DNA of 64,000 bases, taken from NCBI GenBank assembly GCA_944381115.1, contig CALWJV010000008.1, forward strand, positions 3,612-67,611. The letters are read 5' to 3'. This document shows, piece by piece, positions 26,807 through 37,335 of this stretch. The notes under the pieces are model-generated. The model saw nothing but the letters and a program-made list of their open reading frames with translations. It searched no databases and was not told where the DNA came from. The position numbers and the translations under genes were made by a program. The stretch comes from an uncultured Clostridia bacterium (lineage in GTDB: Bacteria > Bacillota > Clostridia > Oscillospirales > CAG-272). Each line of letters starts with the position of its first letter. Positions within the stretch are counted from its first letter, which is position 1.

Positions 26807-29098
26807 ATGAGAAGTATATATCCTATAAATAATGATTGGCTGTTTATAAAAAATACAAATAAAGTGCCGGTATCTGTGTCGGAAGTAAAAGAAGGAATTA
26901 CAGAGGAAGGGAAAAAATGTGAAAGAATTTCTCTTCCGCATACATGGAACGGAACGGATGGACAGGACGGGGGAAATGACTATTTCAGAGGCTGTTGTTG
27001 TTATGTAAGATCTTTGAAAAAGAGCAGTTTACCGGATGGAGAATTGTATTTTATTGAAATTTGCGGAGCAAATTCTTCAGCATGTATTTATTTGAACGGG
27101 AAGTACATTGCAAACCATGACGGAGGTTACAGTACCTTTCGTGCAAATATAACACCGTATATTACCGGTGAAGAAAACTGCCTTGCGGTACTTGTTGATA
27201 ACAGTGAGAATAACAGAGTTTATCCTCAGATCGCAGATTTTACTTTTTACGGCGGACTTTACCGAAATGTTAATATAATCGCAGTGCCGTCCAGCCATTT
27301 TGGGCTGGAAAATTACGGAACTCCGGGAATTTTCGTTACTCCCGAAGTTAAAGAAGGATCAGCAGAAATTTTGATAGATACGGAAATAATCGGATTTATG
27401 CCCGGGGATACAGTACACTGTGAGATCAAAGATGCGGAAGGTAAAACGGTTTGTATGTCGGACAGCGTTGAAACAAATTGTATTCTGAAAATAGAAAATG
27501 TTCATTTATGGAACGGAATAAAAGATCCTTACCTTTATAAAGCGACTGCAACGCTTGTCAGAAAAGGTGAAGAAATAGATATTGTAAGCACGCGTTTCGG
27601 ATGTCGCAGCATATCGGTCGATGCGGAAAGGGGATTCATACTTAACGGAAAATCATACCCTTTGCACGGTGTTTCAAGACACCAGGACCGAAAGGACATT
27701 GGAAACGCACTTTTACCGGAACATCACATTGAAGATATTGAAATTATCAAAGAGGTAGGAGCAAACACGATCCGGCTTGCCCATTATCAGCATGATGATT
27801 ATTTTTACGATCTTTGCGATGAATACGGAATGATTGTATGGGCAGAGATACCATATATTTCAAAGCATATGCCTACGGCTGACGGTAACGCGGTGTCACA
27901 GATGAAAGAACTGATAACACAACTTTATAATCATTCTTCAATTGCATTTTGGGGAATTTCAAATGAAATAACGATGGGCGGAGCAGATGATCAGGATCTG
28001 ATAAAACAGCACAAAATACTGAACGAATTAGCCCATAGAATGGATAAAACAAGGTTTACAGTCATAGCCTGTCTTTCAATGTGCAAAGCCGAAGAAAAAT
28101 ATGTTCATATTCCGGATCTTGTGTCATATAATCATTACTTTGGGTGGTACGGAGGGAGTCATGATCAATATGGAGAGTGGTTTGATAATTTTCATAAAAA
28201 ATATCCTGAAACACCAATAGGTATAAGTGAGTATGGGTGTGAGGCTCTTGATTGGCATAGTTCAACCCCTGAAGCAGGAGATTATACCGAGGAATATCAG
28301 GCAATTTACCACGAATCATTGATAAAACAACTTTTTAACCGTAAATATATATTTGCAACATATGTTTGGAATATGTTTGATTTCGGTGCAGATGCAAGAG
28401 CAGAGGGAGGGGAGAACGGACAAAATCATAAAGGCCTCGTAACAATTGACCGAAAGTACAAGAAGGATGCTTTTTACGCATACAAGGCATGGCTTTCGCA
28501 GGAACCTTTTGTTCATATATGCGGTAAGAGATATATTGACAGAGTAGAGGATAAGACAAAAGTAACGGTTTATTCAAACTTACCGGAGGTGGAACTTTTC
28601 ATAAACGGAGAGAGTATAGGAAAAAAGCAGACGAACGATCACTTTTTTTATTTTGAAGTAATAAATTCCGGAGAAAGTAAAATTACAGCTGTAGCAGGAG
28701 AAAGCCGTGATGAAAGTGTGATTCGTAAGGTTGAACGTTTTAATGAAAAATACATTTTCCGTGAGCAAGGAGCGGTGCTCAATTGGTTTGATATAACTTC
28801 GCCGGAAGGATATTTTTCTATTAACGATAAAATCGATCATATAAATAAAACTGTACGCGGAAAACTCTGGATGCTAAAATTTTTTTCAATGATTTTAAAA
28901 AAACAAAAAGAGCATAAAAAAAGCGGGAATGGCAAGTCAACAATGCAAAATTTTGACTTGAACGGAGGAGTTATGAAAATGATAGGAGGTTTTTCGGTTT
29001 TGCGATTTACCGGAATGCTCGGAATGTTAAATATTTCATTTACGAAAGAAGAACTTTTGAAAATGAACCGAAAACTGAATAAAATAAAAAAAACTTAA
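26807..29098 (+). CDS. Glycoside hydrolase family 2 (beta-galactosidase/beta-glucuronidase-like)
   Basis: 763 aa with NHDGGYSTF, IRLAHYQHDDYFYDLCDEYGMIVWAEIP, WGISNE and SEYGCEA (acid/base and nucleophile regions). Confidence 0.85.
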   Translation: MRSIYPINNDWLFIKNTNKVPVSVSEVKEGITEEGKKCERISLPHTWNGTDGQDGGNDYFRGCCCYVRSLKKSSLPDGELYFIEICGANSSACIYLNGKYIANHDGGYSTFRANITPYITGEENCLAVLVDNSENNRVYPQIADFTFYGGLYRNVNIIAVPSSHFGLENYGTPGIFVTPEVKEGSAEILIDTEIIGFMPGDTVHCEIKDAEGKTVCMSDSVETNCILKIENVHLWNGIKDPYLYKATATLVRKGEEIDIVSTRFGCRSISVDAERGFILNGKSYPLHGVSRHQDRKDIGNALLPEHHIEDIEIIKEVGANTIRLAHYQHDDYFYDLCDEYGMIVWAEIPYISKHMPTADGNAVSQMKELITQLYNHSSIAFWGISNEITMGGADDQDLIKQHKILNELAHRMDKTRFTVIACLSMCKAEEKYVHIPDLVSYNHYFGWYGGSHDQYGEWFDNFHKKYPETPIGISEYGCEALDWHSSTPEAGDYTEEYQAIYHESLIKQLFNRKYIFATYVWNMFDFGADARAEGGENGQNHKGLVTIDRKYKKDAFYAYKAWLSQEPFVHICGKRYIDRVEDKTKVTVYSNLPEVELFINGESIGKKQTNDHFFYFEVINSGESKITAVAGESRDESVIRKVERFNEKYIFREQGAVLNWFDITSPEGYFSINDKIDHINKTVRGKLWMLKFFSMILKKQKEHKKSGNGKSTMQNFDLNGGVMKMIGGFSVLRFTGMLGMLNISFTKEELLKMNRKLNKIKKT

Positions 29099-29110
29099 AA
29101 AAATAGAAAA

Positions 29111-29141
29111 ACTCCGATTAAAAATCCAATCGGAGTTTTTT
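29111..29141 (+). terminator. GH2 operon terminator
   Basis: ACTCCGATT pairs with AATCGGAGT, followed by TTTTT. Confidence 0.8.
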
Positions 29142-29171
29142 ATTAATAAAAACCAAAAAAGCAAATTATAA

Positions 29172-29930
29172 TTATTTTAAAATGAAATCAAGTATCAGCA
29201 TAAGTGAAAAGCCAATGAGAAGAGAATGTGTTGCACCTTTTTCGCAACCGTGTGCATGTGTTTCCGGGATCATTTCATTTCCTATAACGAACAGCATAGT
29301 TCCCCCGGCAAAAGCAAGCGAGAACGGAAGGATTGCAGATGATATACTTGCGGCAAAATATCCTATAAGTGTTCCGAAAATTTCAACTGCGCCGGTTGCT
29401 GAAGCAATAATAAATGCCTTGACCTTACTTATTCCAGCAGAAAGCATGGGAGCGATAACTATCATTCCTTCCGGAATATTTTGTAGAGCAATACCGAGAG
29501 CAACAGTAATAGCACCGCTTATATTTTCATTTCCGAATCCTACGCCTGCCGAAATTCCCTCCGGAAGATTATGTATTGCTATTGCCAAAACAAAAAGAAA
29601 CAATTTACTTATATCTTCATTTTTTTCATCATCATCTGATTTTTTAACTCCTGAAATACTGTGAAGATGCGGTACCAATTTGTCTATAAATGTTATACAT
29701 AATGCTCCTGTCATAATACCTGCAACCGTAACAACTATTGAAAATTTGTTATCGTATTCAATAGAGGGAAGTATAAGACCGATAACAGATGCTGAAAGCA
29801 TGACACCAGCCGCAAACCCTAATATTATATCTTTGAATCCGTGTGAAATATTTTTGAAAATGAGACCGATTATTGCGCCGATTATTGTTGCGCCTCCGAC
29901 GCCAAGAGCAGTTAAAAGTACAATTTGCAT
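29172..29930 (-). CDS. ZIP-family divalent metal transporter (ZupT-like)
   Basis: 252 aa, 8 TM, with HNLPEGISAG and LQNIPEGM motifs. Confidence 0.85.
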   Translation of the reverse strand: MQIVLLTALGVGGATIIGAIIGLIFKNISHGFKDIILGFAAGVMLSASVIGLILPSIEYDNKFSIVVTVAGIMTGALCITFIDKLVPHLHSISGVKKSDDDEKNEDISKLFLFVLAIAIHNLPEGISAGVGFGNENISGAITVALGIALQNIPEGMIVIAPMLSAGISKVKAFIIASATGAVEIFGTLIGYFAASISSAILPFSLAFAGGTMLFVIGNEMIPETHAHGCEKGATHSLLIGFSLMLILDFILK

Positions 29931-30238
29931 ATCTTTAATCTTCCAAAATAAAATAAAATATACATAAAATTTTTAACGTAAATATATATGTAAGTGTAGT
30001 ATATCACATTTTTTATTTAATGTCAACCGATTTAATTATATCTAATATTAAAAAATTATTTTTTGAGATTTTGCAAAAATGTTTAATGATCAGGAAATAA
30101 TTTATATACCGAAATGTAAAAGACAGATTTTGTATGCAATTATCCAGGATATTTAGGGTAGTGTTTGATTATCTATCTTGACAAAGTATCGGTTTTATGC
30201 TAATATGTTTATAATAAAAGTGAAAAGGAGTAAAATTT

Positions 30239-31315
30239 ATGGATATATCAAAAACAGACAGTAATTTTACTGTAAATGCTACTTTTGATATATCCGGATT
30301 GGATATATACAGTGCAGACATTGAACCTTTTAAAATATATGGACTTATTCTTCCTGAAGGTCCGGACGGAGTTTTTAAAAGGATACCAACGAAGAATGCA
30401 AAAGAGGTCAGCGACAAAGTTTATTCTTTACATACTCATACCGCAGGAGGCAGGGTGCGTTTTAAAACCAATTCTCGTGCGATAGCAATATTTGCAAAAA
30501 TGCATAGCGTAGGTAAGATGTCAAATTTTTCCATAACAGGAAGTGCTGGATTTGATATGTATGTCAATAACCGGTTTAATAAAACAGTATTTACCCCTCC
30601 GTTTGATATGAGTGACGGTTATAGCAATATAATATGGCTTAGCAGTAAAGAAAAAAAGAATATTGAGATAAATTTTCCGCTATATAGCGGGGTAAAACAA
30701 CTTTTGATAGGGTTAGAAAAAGGATCTTCCGTTTCAGAGCCTGAAGGTTACCGCTATAATAAACCAATTGTTTATTATGGTTCGTCAATAACTCAGGGAG
30801 GGTGTGCATCGAGACCGGGAAATACCTATCAGGCAGTGGTTTCAAGAAGGTTTAATATGGATTTTATCAATCTAGGGTTTGCCGGTGCTGCAAAGGCCGA
30901 AAGAAAGATCGCGGAGTATATAAGCGGTATTGATATGAATATTTTTGTTTATGACTATGACCATAATGCAGACAATCCGGAAATGTTAGAAAAGACACAT
31001 AAGCGTATGTTTGATATTATAAGAAGAAAAAATCCTACTCTTCCGATAATAATGATGACAAGACCGATGTTTTACAGTGATGATGACACTGAAAAGCGTG
31101 CAAATATTATAAAAGGAACATATGAAAACGCACTCAAAGAAGGTGACAGCAATGTTTATTTTATAGACGGTGTAAAAATGATGCATGGTTTTGATACCTA
31201 CAATGACGGTATTACCGTTGATTCGTGGCATCCTAACGATTATGGTTTTGCTCTTATGGCAAAGGCGGTAGGAGATACGGTAGAAAAAATATTAGTGAAC
31301 AGGACTGACTTATAG
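30239..31315 (+). CDS. SGNH/GDSL hydrolase family protein with an N-terminal beta-sandwich domain
   Basis: Block I VYYGSSITQGG, and a later D..H pair (WHPNDYG). Confidence 0.7.
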   Translation: MDISKTDSNFTVNATFDISGLDIYSADIEPFKIYGLILPEGPDGVFKRIPTKNAKEVSDKVYSLHTHTAGGRVRFKTNSRAIAIFAKMHSVGKMSNFSITGSAGFDMYVNNRFNKTVFTPPFDMSDGYSNIIWLSSKEKKNIEINFPLYSGVKQLLIGLEKGSSVSEPEGYRYNKPIVYYGSSITQGGCASRPGNTYQAVVSRRFNMDFINLGFAGAAKAERKIAEYISGIDMNIFVYDYDHNADNPEMLEKTHKRMFDIIRRKNPTLPIIMMTRPMFYSDDDTEKRANIIKGTYENALKEGDSNVYFIDGVKMMHGFDTYNDGITVDSWHPNDYGFALMAKAVGDTVEKILVNRTDL

Positions 31316-31380
31316 ATATAAGATCAGTATTAAAAAGTAAATTATTTTATATAAAATCAAATTAACACGGAGATATACAA

Positions 31381-31653
31381 ATGAAAGCAAACAGGAAATT
31401 TTTTATTTTTTCTTTTATATTTAATTTTATACTTGGTGGTATTGGATTTTTAATATTTTGGCCGATAAGGGTGTTCAGCGATAATCATATAGCGGGATTT
31501 ATAATCTGCGGTATAGTTTTTACAGCGATAGCAGTATATATAAATTTTTTCATAGTTAAACGTTCTAAACTTAAAACTCCGTATTTTATATTCGGAGCAC
31601 TTGTAAATATTGTCGTATTTTCAGTATTTACCGCACTGGTGATGTTTATATGA
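31381..31653 (+). CDS. Small hypothetical membrane protein, 90 aa
   Basis: Three hydrophobic helices; GGAG RBS. Confidence 0.45.
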   Translation: MKANRKFFIFSFIFNFILGGIGFLIFWPIRVFSDNHIAGFIICGIVFTAIAVYINFFIVKRSKLKTPYFIFGALVNIVVFSVFTALVMFI

Positions 31654-31801
31654 ACTGTAAAAAACAACTAATTTGAAATAAAACTTCAAAAATCATAAAA
31701 AATATCATATGATTGAAAAATTTTAAATTTACATAAAAGATGTACTTTAAAAAGTGCATCATTTTTATTTTATACAAAGTGACCTAATATAAATTTAAAA
31801 T

Positions 31802-31840
31802 GAAAAAGACCTCTTACGGTATTTACTTCCGTAAGAGGCC
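31802..31840 (-). terminator. secG terminator
   Basis: CCTCTTACGG pairs with CCGTAAGAGG, followed on the minus strand by TTTTT. Confidence 0.75.
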
Positions 31841-31866
31841 AAAAATAGGTAATACTTTAAAATTCT

Positions 31867-32187
31867 TTATGAAGCAGAATTTTCAGTTTGTTCGGTCGTT
31901 ATTTCTCCTTGAAGAGCATCGTCAAGAGCATCATCTTTATATTGGTTGTTTGGCTTATCCTGAACAAGATATATTACAGCAACAAGGACAACAAATATCA
32001 ATGCTATGACAGTAGTTAATTTAGACAAAAATTTATCGATTGCCTTCCCTTTTGTTTTTCCGAAAAATGTTTCGGCTCCTCCTGCAATCGTACCTGAAAG
32101 TCTATGTGATTTACCGGACTGCATAAGAACTGCAATTATCAGAAATATGGATGCAACGATCAGTATTATTCCAAGTGCTATTTCCAT
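31867..32187 (-). CDS. secG: Preprotein translocase subunit SecG
   Basis: LIVASIFLIIAVLMQSGKS..LSGTIAGGAETFFG followed by a second TM helix. Confidence 0.85.
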   Translation of the reverse strand: MEIALGIILIVASIFLIIAVLMQSGKSHRLSGTIAGGAETFFGKTKGKAIDKFLSKLTTVIALIFVVLVAVIYLVQDKPNNQYKDDALDDALQGEITTEQTENSAS

Positions 32188-32532
32188 TACATTCTCCTTA
32201 ATAATATGTTTAGTTTTAAGGTATTAAGCCTTATATTTTTACCATACCAATAAATTATAACATATTTTTTCTGAAAAATCAATACTTTTTTTAAAAAATA
32301 TAAAAATTAATATTTTAGTAAAAACAACCCTCAAAAAATAGTAATTTTCAAAAATAGTATTATTTTGATGAATAAATATTTGATAAAATAATAATATAAT
32401 TTAAAAAAATATATATTTTATTAAAAAACATGGTAAAAGGACTGTATTTATGTTATAATAATCACAATAAGAAAAAATTTTTTTAAGGGTTGGAAAATCA
32501 AGTTTTAATGAAAAAAATGATGAGGTAAAAAT

Positions 32533-34218
32533 ATGACTACATTACTTAAGAACGGTTCACTTATAAATGTGTTTACAGGGGAAGTCGAAAAAACAAATAT
32601 TCTTATTGAAAACGGTAAAGTAACCGGTGTCGGTATTTATTACACAAATGCTGATAGAATTGAAGATATTACCGGCAAATATATCTGCCCTGGTTTTATT
32701 GACAGTCACATACATATTGAAAGCACTACATTAAATCCTGCAGAACTTGCAAAGGTTACCCTTCCGCACGGAACGACTTCGCTTGTAGCCGATCCGCATG
32801 AAATAGCCAACGTATGCGGTGTTAACGGAATTAAATATATGCTTGCAGCAAGTGAAGGTATTCCACTTAACGTCTATTTGATGCTACCGTCTTGTGTTCC
32901 CGCAGCACCGATGGAAGAATCCGGTGCGGTATTGAAGGCAGAAGATCTATCACCGTTTTATAGAAATAAAAGGGTTCTCGGGTTAGCGGAAATGATGAAT
33001 TATGTAGGTGTCGTTTACGGCGACACAGATATAAAGAATAAAATAGCGGACGCCCGAAAAAACCGGCGGACTGTTGACGGTCATGCACCGCTCCTTTCCG
33101 GTGAACTGCTTGATAAATATATTTCCGAGGGAATACAAACCGACCATGAGTGTTCAACCATTGGCGAAGCAAAGGAGAAGATACGTAAAGGTCAATGGGT
33201 CATGATCAGAGAAGGAACTGTAACAAAAAATCTCGAAGGTCTCATTGAACTTTTTGAGCAGCCTTATGCAAACCGGTGTGTACTTGTGACTGATGACCGA
33301 CATCCTGCAGATATAATTTCTGAAGGTCATATAGATAATATTATAAGGAGTGCTGTAAAAAAAGGCAAATCAGCAATTACAGGAATACAAATGGCAACGC
33401 TCCATGCTGCACAGTGCTTTGGATTACCATATGTGGGTGCAGCCGCTCCCGGATACAACGCAGATATTTTAGTTCTTAATGACATTGACAGCGTTGATAT
33501 ATGTGATGTCTACGCTGGCGGGGAAAAAATAGTTGAAAACAAGGTTGTAGGTACAATAAACACGCCTAAGGTAGATGAAAACATTACAAGATCGGTTCTT
33601 AATACCATTCACGTTGATCGATTATCAGGGAAAGATTTTTACATTCAGCCAAGTGAAAAGCGATGCCGTGTTATAAAAACAGTAAAAAATCAGGTGCTGA
33701 CAGAAGAATGGCTTACGGAAATAAACTTCAATAAAAATAACGGTGTTGATACAGACCGTGATATACTGAAACTTGCTGTTATAGAGCGTCATCGCGGTAC
33801 GGGACATAAGGGATTAGGTTTTATTTCCGGGATAGGGCTTAAAGAAGGAGCCATTGCCTCGACGGTTTCGCATGATTCCCATAATCTTATAGTTATAGGT
33901 ACAAACAGTGAGGATATGGCAGTGGCGGCAAATCATCTTACTAAAATCGGTGGCGGTTATGTTGCGGTTAAAGACGGAAAAGTACTTGCCGATATGCCTC
34001 TTCCTATTGCAGGGCTTATGACATTTAAAGATGCATATGAAAGTGCAAGAGAAAATAAGGTTCTCCGTCAAACGGTATACAGTTTGGGAGTACCTGAAGA
34101 TATTGCCCCGCTTATGACAATGTCATTTGTAAGTCTTTCGGTTATTCCATCTATAAAAATGACAACAAAAGGACTTGTAGATGTAAACACGCAGAAACTT
34201 CTTTCGCTCTACGAATAA
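32533..34218 (+). CDS. ade: Adenine deaminase
   Basis: 561 aa amidohydrolase: PGFIDSHIHIESTT, ADPHEIANV, TDHEC; length typical of Ade. Confidence 0.9.
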   Translation: MTTLLKNGSLINVFTGEVEKTNILIENGKVTGVGIYYTNADRIEDITGKYICPGFIDSHIHIESTTLNPAELAKVTLPHGTTSLVADPHEIANVCGVNGIKYMLAASEGIPLNVYLMLPSCVPAAPMEESGAVLKAEDLSPFYRNKRVLGLAEMMNYVGVVYGDTDIKNKIADARKNRRTVDGHAPLLSGELLDKYISEGIQTDHECSTIGEAKEKIRKGQWVMIREGTVTKNLEGLIELFEQPYANRCVLVTDDRHPADIISEGHIDNIIRSAVKKGKSAITGIQMATLHAAQCFGLPYVGAAAPGYNADILVLNDIDSVDICDVYAGGEKIVENKVVGTINTPKVDENITRSVLNTIHVDRLSGKDFYIQPSEKRCRVIKTVKNQVLTEEWLTEINFNKNNGVDTDRDILKLAVIERHRGTGHKGLGFISGIGLKEGAIASTVSHDSHNLIVIGTNSEDMAVAANHLTKIGGGYVAVKDGKVLADMPLPIAGLMTFKDAYESARENKVLRQTVYSLGVPEDIAPLMTMSFVSLSVIPSIKMTTKGLVDVNTQKLLSLYE

Positions 34219-34293
34219 AAAATAATTATACAGTTAATTTTTAAATTTTGTTTTTAAATAAATTTTATTAAGATTATTAATAAATATAGAAAA

Positions 34294-34329
34294 GTCAGTC
34301 TCATTTTTAAAATTTGAGGCTGATTTTTA
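34294..34329 (+). terminator. ade terminator
   Basis: GTCAGTCTCA pairs with TGAGGCTGA (one G:T), followed by TTTTT. Confidence 0.65.
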
Positions 34330-34445
34330 TTTATGTAATGAAGGGGCAGCAGAAATCTTTTAACGGTATAAAATATCTATTTTATAGAAATGCGAAAAAG
34401 GCGGCAAAGGATTAACAAATTTGTCGCCTTATGATGCATTAATTT

Positions 34446-35162
34446 TTATTCGCAGTCATACGAAAGCAGTTCGCTTACAGTTACAAAGCGATACCCTTCC
34501 TCCAGAAGTTCAGGAATAATTTTAGAAAGTGCATTCGGGGTAGGAGACGGTGCTGTAATATAATCGTGAAATAAAATTATAGAACCGCCGCATACATGCG
34601 ATCTTACCGTTTTTTCAATACTTTCTTTGCTTGAATGTGCCCAATCTTTTGTATCGACTGTCCACATTATTATTTTATAGTCCATTTCAGTGGCGCTTTT
34701 TACTGCAAGTGTATTGCAGTATCCTGTTGGAGGTCTGAATAAAACCGGCTCTTTTCCGGTAATTCTTTTTATAATTCCGTGAGTTTTTTCAAGTTCTGAT
34801 TTAAAATTTGACTTACCTGTTTTTTCTGCAGTAATATGAGAATAAGTGTGATTTCCTATTTCGTGTCCTTCATCGGAAATTCTTTTTAGTTTATCCGGAT
34901 AAGTCTCCGCGTTTTTGCCGATTACAAAAAAAGTTGCTTTTATCTCGTATTGTTTTAATATATCAAGTATTTCATCTGTATATTTACGATGAGGTCCATC
35001 ATCAAATGTCAAAGCAATAACCTTTTCATCTGTGTCAGCACATGAATAAACATTGTCACGTTTTCCAAATCCCCCCCAGACCTCCTTTGCTGTATTATTT
35101 TCGGCATATAAAGGAAGAGGGAAGATAAGCATTGCAATCAAAAATGATAAAAATCTTTTCAT
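34446..35162 (-). CDS. Secreted polysaccharide deacetylase (NodB homology domain)
   Basis: Signal peptide, then LTFDDGP, HEIGNHTYSH and LFRPP motifs. Confidence 0.85.
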   Translation of the reverse strand: MKRFLSFLIAMLIFPLPLYAENNTAKEVWGGFGKRDNVYSCADTDEKVIALTFDDGPHRKYTDEILDILKQYEIKATFFVIGKNAETYPDKLKRISDEGHEIGNHTYSHITAEKTGKSNFKSELEKTHGIIKRITGKEPVLFRPPTGYCNTLAVKSATEMDYKIIMWTVDTKDWAHSSKESIEKTVRSHVCGGSIILFHDYITAPSPTPNALSKIIPELLEEGYRFVTVSELLSYDCE

Positions 35163-35968
35163 GTCAATTCGTTAAGCGATGCAAAGCGGTAACCTTCGTT
35201 TTCAAGTGCAGTAAGGACCCTATCAAGAATATCTGCATTTGTTTTGGATGTTGGATGAAGAAGCATTATTTCTCCGGGGTGAGCGTTATCAAGAATTTTT
35301 TTCATGGCTTCATCATATGAAGGTTGATGATTGTTATCCCAATCGGCATAAGCAAAACTCCAAAAAACCGTTTTATAACCGAGTTCGGTTGCGTACTGGA
35401 GATTTTCTCTGCTGAAACGTCCTTCCGGCGGGCGGTAGAATTTAGACATTTCAATACCGCATTCTTGATATAAAACATCGTTAAGATTTGAAAGTTGTAG
35501 ATCAAAACGTGTTTTATCGGTAATTTTTGTCATATCCGGATGTGTCATTGTGTGGTTGCATATTAAATTTCCTTCGGCATGCATTCTTTTTACGAGTTCG
35601 GGATTACGTTTTATAAAGTTTTCAAGAACAAAGAATGCTCCGGTTGCGTTATGCTTTTTAAGAGTGTTTACGATTTTTTCAACATTACCGTTTTCATATC
35701 CCGCATCAAATGTAAGATATATTACCTTTTCACCGTTTTCCGCCGCCTTTTTGTCACCGTAAACCGCATTATATTCTTCAATAAATTTCATTTGAGGTTC
35801 AAGTGCAGGCAACGTGTGATCCTTGTTTCTTTTTACATACCAGTTAAATGCCTGATTTTTATCCGCAGCGTAAACCGGGGAAGGCATTGTTATAATTGCG
35901 GTAAACAATAAAATTCCCGCAAATAAAAAAGAAAATATATTTTTGGGTTTGAAAGTTTTCTTTAACAT
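35159..35968 (-). CDS. pdaA: PdaA-like delta-lactam-biosynthetic de-N-acetylase (NodB family)
   Basis: NWYVKRNKDHTLP...IYLTFDAGYENGN...FFVLENFIKRNPELVKRMHAEGNLICNHTMTH matches the PdaA pattern. It overlaps the downstream deacetylase by 4 nt. Confidence 0.7.
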   Translation of the reverse strand: MLKKTFKPKNIFSFLFAGILLFTAIITMPSPVYAADKNQAFNWYVKRNKDHTLPALEPQMKFIEEYNAVYGDKKAAENGEKVIYLTFDAGYENGNVEKIVNTLKKHNATGAFFVLENFIKRNPELVKRMHAEGNLICNHTMTHPDMTKITDKTRFDLQLSNLNDVLYQECGIEMSKFYRPPEGRFSRENLQYATELGYKTVFWSFAYADWDNNHQPSYDEAMKKILDNAHPGEIMLLHPTSKTNADILDRVLTALENEGYRFASLNELT

Positions 35969-36168
35969 AATATTTCTCCGTTCTGCTGAAATTTTTCATG
36001 TAAATTTCAGTCTGAATTTTTCGGCTTATTTGTATTAAAATGCCTTACAATATTAGTATTGAAATCATACAAAAAAATAATCCTTGTAACATTTTACACT
36101 TAGTGAAAAAAGTTACAAGAATTTATAATTTTTAAATAATACTGAGTTAAATATGCGCTATTAAATAA

Positions 36169-37119
36169 TCATATTTTCTTTTTACGTGAAAAAGTATGTT
36201 TTTTTGCCATTTCAGGTCTTATAAAATTTAATGCATTGTTGAGCACAGAAATTTCCACTTTTGCTGTTTTTCCGGCGTACTCACCGTCAAGAGTCCATTC
36301 AAGAGGTTCCTCAGATATAAGTTTTACTTTTTTTGTATGTTCAAATATGACTTTTGATCTATTATATTTTTTATTGAGCAGTTGATTTACAGTATCTGTC
36401 AAAGCGATTATTCCTCTTGGTTTTTTAATTAAAAGCATTTCAAAAAGCCCGTCATTTACAGTGACGCTTTTTTTATCAAGTTTTACAAGTCCCCCGAGAG
36501 AGGTTGAGTTTGTAATAGCTCCGAAAATGTACTCTCCGTCAATAATTCCTGTTTCAGTTTCTATTTTTAATTTAAATGGTTTAAAATTTTGAAGATCGGT
36601 AAGGCTTTTAAGTCCTTCAAAAATATATGCAAAGTGACCGAACCTGTTTTTAAATCTTTGAGCGGTTGAGTAAGAAATTTTGGTAAACGCACCGAAAGAA
36701 GCAACGTATGAAAAAAAACGTACATCACCGTATTCATTTGTAAAAGATCCGATATCAATCGGGATTGGAGTACCTGTGCAGGCGAATGCTGTGCTGTTTT
36801 TAATTTTTTTCGGAAGACCTATTCCTCTTGCAAAATCATTTGTTGAACCTGTCGGTATATAACCCAGTTCTTTTTGGTTGTTTGATTTTAAAATGCCGTT
36901 GCATACTTCGCTTAATGTCCCATCTCCGCCGACACATACGATACGGTTGTAATTCTGGGCTTCTGCTGCAATGGTTATTGCGTGTCCGCTGTGTTTGGTA
37001 AAGACCATATCTGTTTCCCAGCCGTACGCAGATATTTGTTTTTGAATCGCTTCGAAGGTGTTAAATTTTTTCTTTTTCCCGGAATGGGAATTAACAATTA
37101 TCAAAAGTCTTTTTTCCAT
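36169..37119 (-). CDS. Diacylglycerol/lipid kinase family protein (YegS/DagK-like)
   Basis: LLIIVNSHSGKKK, VCVGGDGTLSEV, IPTGSTNDFAR. Confidence 0.85.
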   Translation of the reverse strand: MEKRLLIIVNSHSGKKKKFNTFEAIQKQISAYGWETDMVFTKHSGHAITIAAEAQNYNRIVCVGGDGTLSEVCNGILKSNNQKELGYIPTGSTNDFARGIGLPKKIKNSTAFACTGTPIPIDIGSFTNEYGDVRFFSYVASFGAFTKISYSTAQRFKNRFGHFAYIFEGLKSLTDLQNFKPFKLKIETETGIIDGEYIFGAITNSTSLGGLVKLDKKSVTVNDGLFEMLLIKKPRGIIALTDTVNQLLNKKYNRSKVIFEHTKKVKLISEEPLEWTLDGEYAGKTAKVEISVLNNALNFIRPEMAKKHTFSRKKKI

Positions 37120-37335
37120 AGCATACTCCTTTTATTTATATAAGCAACGGCGTATAAAAACGTAAAAACAGATCATGTTAATATTATATTACGTTTTTAT
37201 TATTTATAAAAGCAAAGTTTGAAAATATTTAATTAACAAATATATAAAAGGAAAATTTTTTTGCGCCAAAAGATGAGTTATTTTTCTGAAATGGTTTGCA
37301 TATATTATAACAAAAAATGAAAGGGCGTAAGAAAA

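Noticed and set aside
35077-35083. C7 (G7 on the coding strand) homopolymer inside the 34446-35162 deacetylase gene, considered as a possible phase-variation tract.
   Set aside because: The gene is in frame and intact, and the run simply encodes W-G-G. Seven nucleotides is at the low end for slippage, and nothing else suggests switching.
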